Source: an uncultured Planctomycetales bacterium
GTDB taxonomy: Bacteria; Omnitrophota; Gorgyraeia; Zapsychrales; JAHFFX01
Length of the DNA: 64,000 bases
Reading direction: 5' to 3'
Assembly: GCA_964372915.1 (NCBI GenBank)
Contig: CAYJRN010000003.1
Span: 16,376-80,375 of the forward strand
The notes beneath the pieces are model-generated. The model was given only the letters and a program-made list of their open reading frames with translations, did not search any database and was not told where the DNA came from. Positions 61,778-64,000 of the stretch are shown piece after piece (within the stretch, counting starts at the first letter, position 1; the number at the start of each line of letters is the position of its first letter). The position numbers and the translations under genes were made by a program.

Positions 61778-62260
61778 ATGATACAGTGTCTCATTATGAT
61801 CAAAGCCAAATCCCAAAGTTTATTTACAGAGCGCGTTAAACTTGAGAATTACTTAAAAGGCTCCGGCCTTAAATTTAGCCAAGGCCGGGAGGCTGTTTTT
61901 AAGGAAGTCCTTACCACTCATGGTCACTTCAACGCAGAAGACCTCGTCAAAACCTGCAAAAGAAAAGATAAAAAAGTCTCGCGCGCGACGGTGTACCGCA
62001 GCCTGCGGGAACTCTTGGAATCCGGCGTTATTCGCGAAACCGCCTTTGGAGACAAACACCATCATTTTGAGCACATTTATGATGAAAAACCCCACCATCA
62101 TGCCCAATGCCTGCACTGTCATCAATTCATCGAATTTCCCGATCTTAAAGAAGACACTGTGTATCATCCGTTTTTAGAGAATGCGGGTTTTAAAATATTA
62201 GGCCATGAAATGCACTTTTATGGGATTTGCAAAAAATGTAGGAGCAAGAAAAATGTATAG
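61778..62260 (+). CDS. Fur-family metalloregulator (possibly PerR-like)
   Basis: HHH..CLHCH and CKKC metal-binding sites. Confidence 0.75.
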   Translation: MIQCLIMIKAKSQSLFTERVKLENYLKGSGLKFSQGREAVFKEVLTTHGHFNAEDLVKTCKRKDKKVSRATVYRSLRELLESGVIRETAFGDKHHHFEHIYDEKPHHHAQCLHCHQFIEFPDLKEDTVYHPFLENAGFKILGHEMHFYGICKKCRSKKNV

Positions 62261-63140
62261 TCGAACTATTATCAAAGCAAGTGTGTTAATCCTTGGAATG
62301 CTTTGTTTGGCAAGTTGGGCCATGGCCCAGGAACCTTCGCCGCCGCCTTCAGGCCCCAGTAAATCCCAATATCATCTTTTGAATCCCACTCCCAAAGAAC
62401 TTATGCGGGAGATGAGTACTGACAGGCCCGATAAAACCGAAAGCGCCTATACGGTTGATGCCGGCCATTATCAAATCGAAATGAGTTTTATTGACTACAC
62501 CTATGATCACCGTAATGTTGAAAACACCGACACCCGCGTGGACAACTTCAGTTCCTTGCCCACGAATTTCAAAATCGGCTTGTGCAACAGTGTTGATCTG
62601 CAGTTGGTTTATAGTCCTTTCTTGGATAAAAACAGCAAAGGCCAAGGAGAAAAAACAAGCAAAACCGGCAGCGGCGATCTGCAAACCCGCCTCAAGGTAA
62701 ATCTCTGGGGAAACGATGGCGGCAAAACGGCCCTGGCGGTGATGCCGTTCATTAAGTATCCTACCAATACGGATGATTTGGGTAACGATGATGTGGAAGG
62801 AGGGATCATCATTCCTTTGGCTGTTTCTTTGCCGAAGGAATGGAATATGGGGATCATGACCGAATTCGATTTTAACCGCAGCGCCGATAATGATGATTAT
62901 TACACGGATTTCATCAACAGCATTACTTTCGGACATCAGATTATTGGCGCGCTTAACGGCTATATCGAATTTTTCAGTAAGTTTAACAACGAGCCGGATT
63001 CCACATGGGTAGGTACGGTCGATGGTGGACTCACCTATGCCGTGAATGAAAACATTCAGTTGGACGCGGGGGTTAATATCGGCGTTACCCGCTCAGCCAA
63101 TGATTTTAATCCCTTTTGCGGAATTTCAATACGCTATTAG
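62253..63140 (+). CDS. Outer-membrane beta-barrel protein, hypothetical
   Basis: Signal peptide, alternating beta-strand pattern and a C-terminal aromatic (RY). Confidence 0.5.
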   Translation: MYSRTIIKASVLILGMLCLASWAMAQEPSPPPSGPSKSQYHLLNPTPKELMREMSTDRPDKTESAYTVDAGHYQIEMSFIDYTYDHRNVENTDTRVDNFSSLPTNFKIGLCNSVDLQLVYSPFLDKNSKGQGEKTSKTGSGDLQTRLKVNLWGNDGGKTALAVMPFIKYPTNTDDLGNDDVEGGIIIPLAVSLPKEWNMGIMTEFDFNRSADNDDYYTDFINSITFGHQIIGALNGYIEFFSKFNNEPDSTWVGTVDGGLTYAVNENIQLDAGVNIGVTRSANDFNPFCGISIRY

Positions 63141-63158
63141 CAGGTTAAGGTGACCACG

Positions 63159-64000
63159 ATGTCCAAATTAACCAATAATACTCAAGATTCTCCACATAAG
63201 AAAAGAAATATGCGTAAAAAGCTTTTTTCTAAAAGTTTTAGAATATTTGTTTTGATCGTATTTTTATTTTCGATACGAGGGGCACATGCCGACATTATCC
63301 TACCAGAAAATTTACATCCTGTTGCCGAAAGTTATCGCCGGATGACTTTTATCCTTAATCTTAATCCCGTCCTTTGGAAAGAAGTAAGAAACGACGCAAA
63401 CCGAATTGCTGGCGAATTTATCCCACTTTCTCCTCTTGAGGCCGAGACTTATCAGACGAGAATTAATGAACTTATTGATAAAATTACTTCCCGATCTGAA
63501 GAACAAGTAGAATCTCTTGACCGCAACAAAACAGCCCAAGAAATTTTTGAACTTTCGACCCGTGCCGTGGCTCGGATTCTTATTTTGAAATTAGAAATGG
63601 CAGAAAAATTTCTTTCTGACTATTTGAAGGCCTCCCAAGAGCTTGATACGGCAAGACAAATTTGGGCAAGTTTCGAACACGAAGTCAAAGCAACAGATCA
63701 TTCCGCATTTCTCAAGATTGGCCAGCTCTGGTTAGAGTTATCAACTGCTTTAGGCAATCCGGCTTTCTTGGGGGTGGGTTCGGTCCCTGCTGATAAGACA
63801 ACATTTCATCAAAAATCAGGTGAGATTATTAAATACATCAGTACCAATTATGGAGATTCTTTTCAAACACCTGATAAAGGACCCGCACCTCTCGTCTATC
63901 ATCGATTCTGTCCACTCCCACAAAAGAGTCCTACTTTTGATCCGACAAAAGAAGTACCTGTGAAATTACCACCAGGAAACAATATTAATAAGCAGGTGCC
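63159..64000 (+). CDS. Secreted hypothetical protein, partial (runs off the window); AT-rich
   Basis: Frame open by hand translation from the ATG at 63159. N-terminal signal-like hydrophobic stretch. GC is visibly lower than in the neighbours. Confidence 0.4.
   Translation, partial: MSKLTNNTQDSPHKKRNMRKKLFSKSFRIFVLIVFLFSIRGAHADIILPENLHPVAESYRRMTFILNLNPVLWKEVRNDANRIAGEFIPLSPLEAETYQTRINELIDKITSRSEEQVESLDRNKTAQEIFELSTRAVARILILKLEMAEKFLSDYLKASQELDTARQIWASFEHEVKATDHSAFLKIGQLWLELSTALGNPAFLGVGSVPADKTTFHQKSGEIIKYISTNYGDSFQTPDKGPAPLVYHRFCPLPQKSPTFDPTKEVPVKLPPGNNINKQV

Overview
This is about 64 kb of a bacterial chromosome, roughly 50% GC, with almost all genes on the plus strand. Annotation is from reading the translations and the DNA only; no searches were run.

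The window opens with the str operon (rpsL-rpsG-fusA-tuf). An uninterrupted S10-spc-alpha ribosomal block follows: rpsJ through rplQ, including secY, adk, map, infA, rpmJ and rpoA. There is no rpmD, and several r-proteins carry Lys-rich extensions.

Downstream core genes, in order: an aspartate aminotransferase, pilT, an icd-family dehydrogenase, lipB with an adjacent free lipoyl-domain gene, a three-gene glycolipid cluster (GT28 MGDG-synthase-like, LpxL-like acyltransferase, GT2), pcm, and a TonB-like protein. A short AT-rich islet follows, holding an excisionase-family HTH gene and a decayed NYN-domain gene.

Next are a DUF1844 gene, a Trm112-like gene, aroQ, an M24 peptidase, efp, accB and accC, Asp23 and an AmaP-like gene, pfkA, gmhA, an RfaE-domain-II gene, and thiE, which appears split at a poly-A tract. 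Then come a tRNA-Gly(CCC), a LysM/M23 peptidase, and a 545-aa PF01637-type ATPase.

After that is a nucleotide-signalling cluster (YfcE, HIT, dGTPase-like, GAF-HD-GYP). Then SPOR, SH3b and M50 protease genes, aroB, and a minus-strand ExeA/GspB-like pair. A strongly promoted PilZ / zinc-ribbon / PilZ / small-TM cluster follows. Then rluA-family, mazG-like, a lipoprotein, uvrB and coaX.

Between coaX and groESL sits a 4-kb toxin-antitoxin/defence island:
- higBA, flanked by a diverged duplicate of the coaX 3' end;
- an orphan RES-domain protein;
- an MNT/HepT pair;
- a YhcG_N-SNase fusion nuclease, preceded by a higA 5' remnant;
- a parD-like antitoxin with a decayed parE.

groESL carries a CIRCE operator. 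The window ends with a redoxin, a Fur/PerR-like regulator, an outer-membrane barrel protein, and an AT-rich partial gene.

A family of dispersed palindromic repeats occurs in at least five copies. Two of them form near-identical 5' leaders for rpoA and pilT, with a compensatory base change in the first hairpin stem. No rRNA, CRISPR array or intact mobile element is present.
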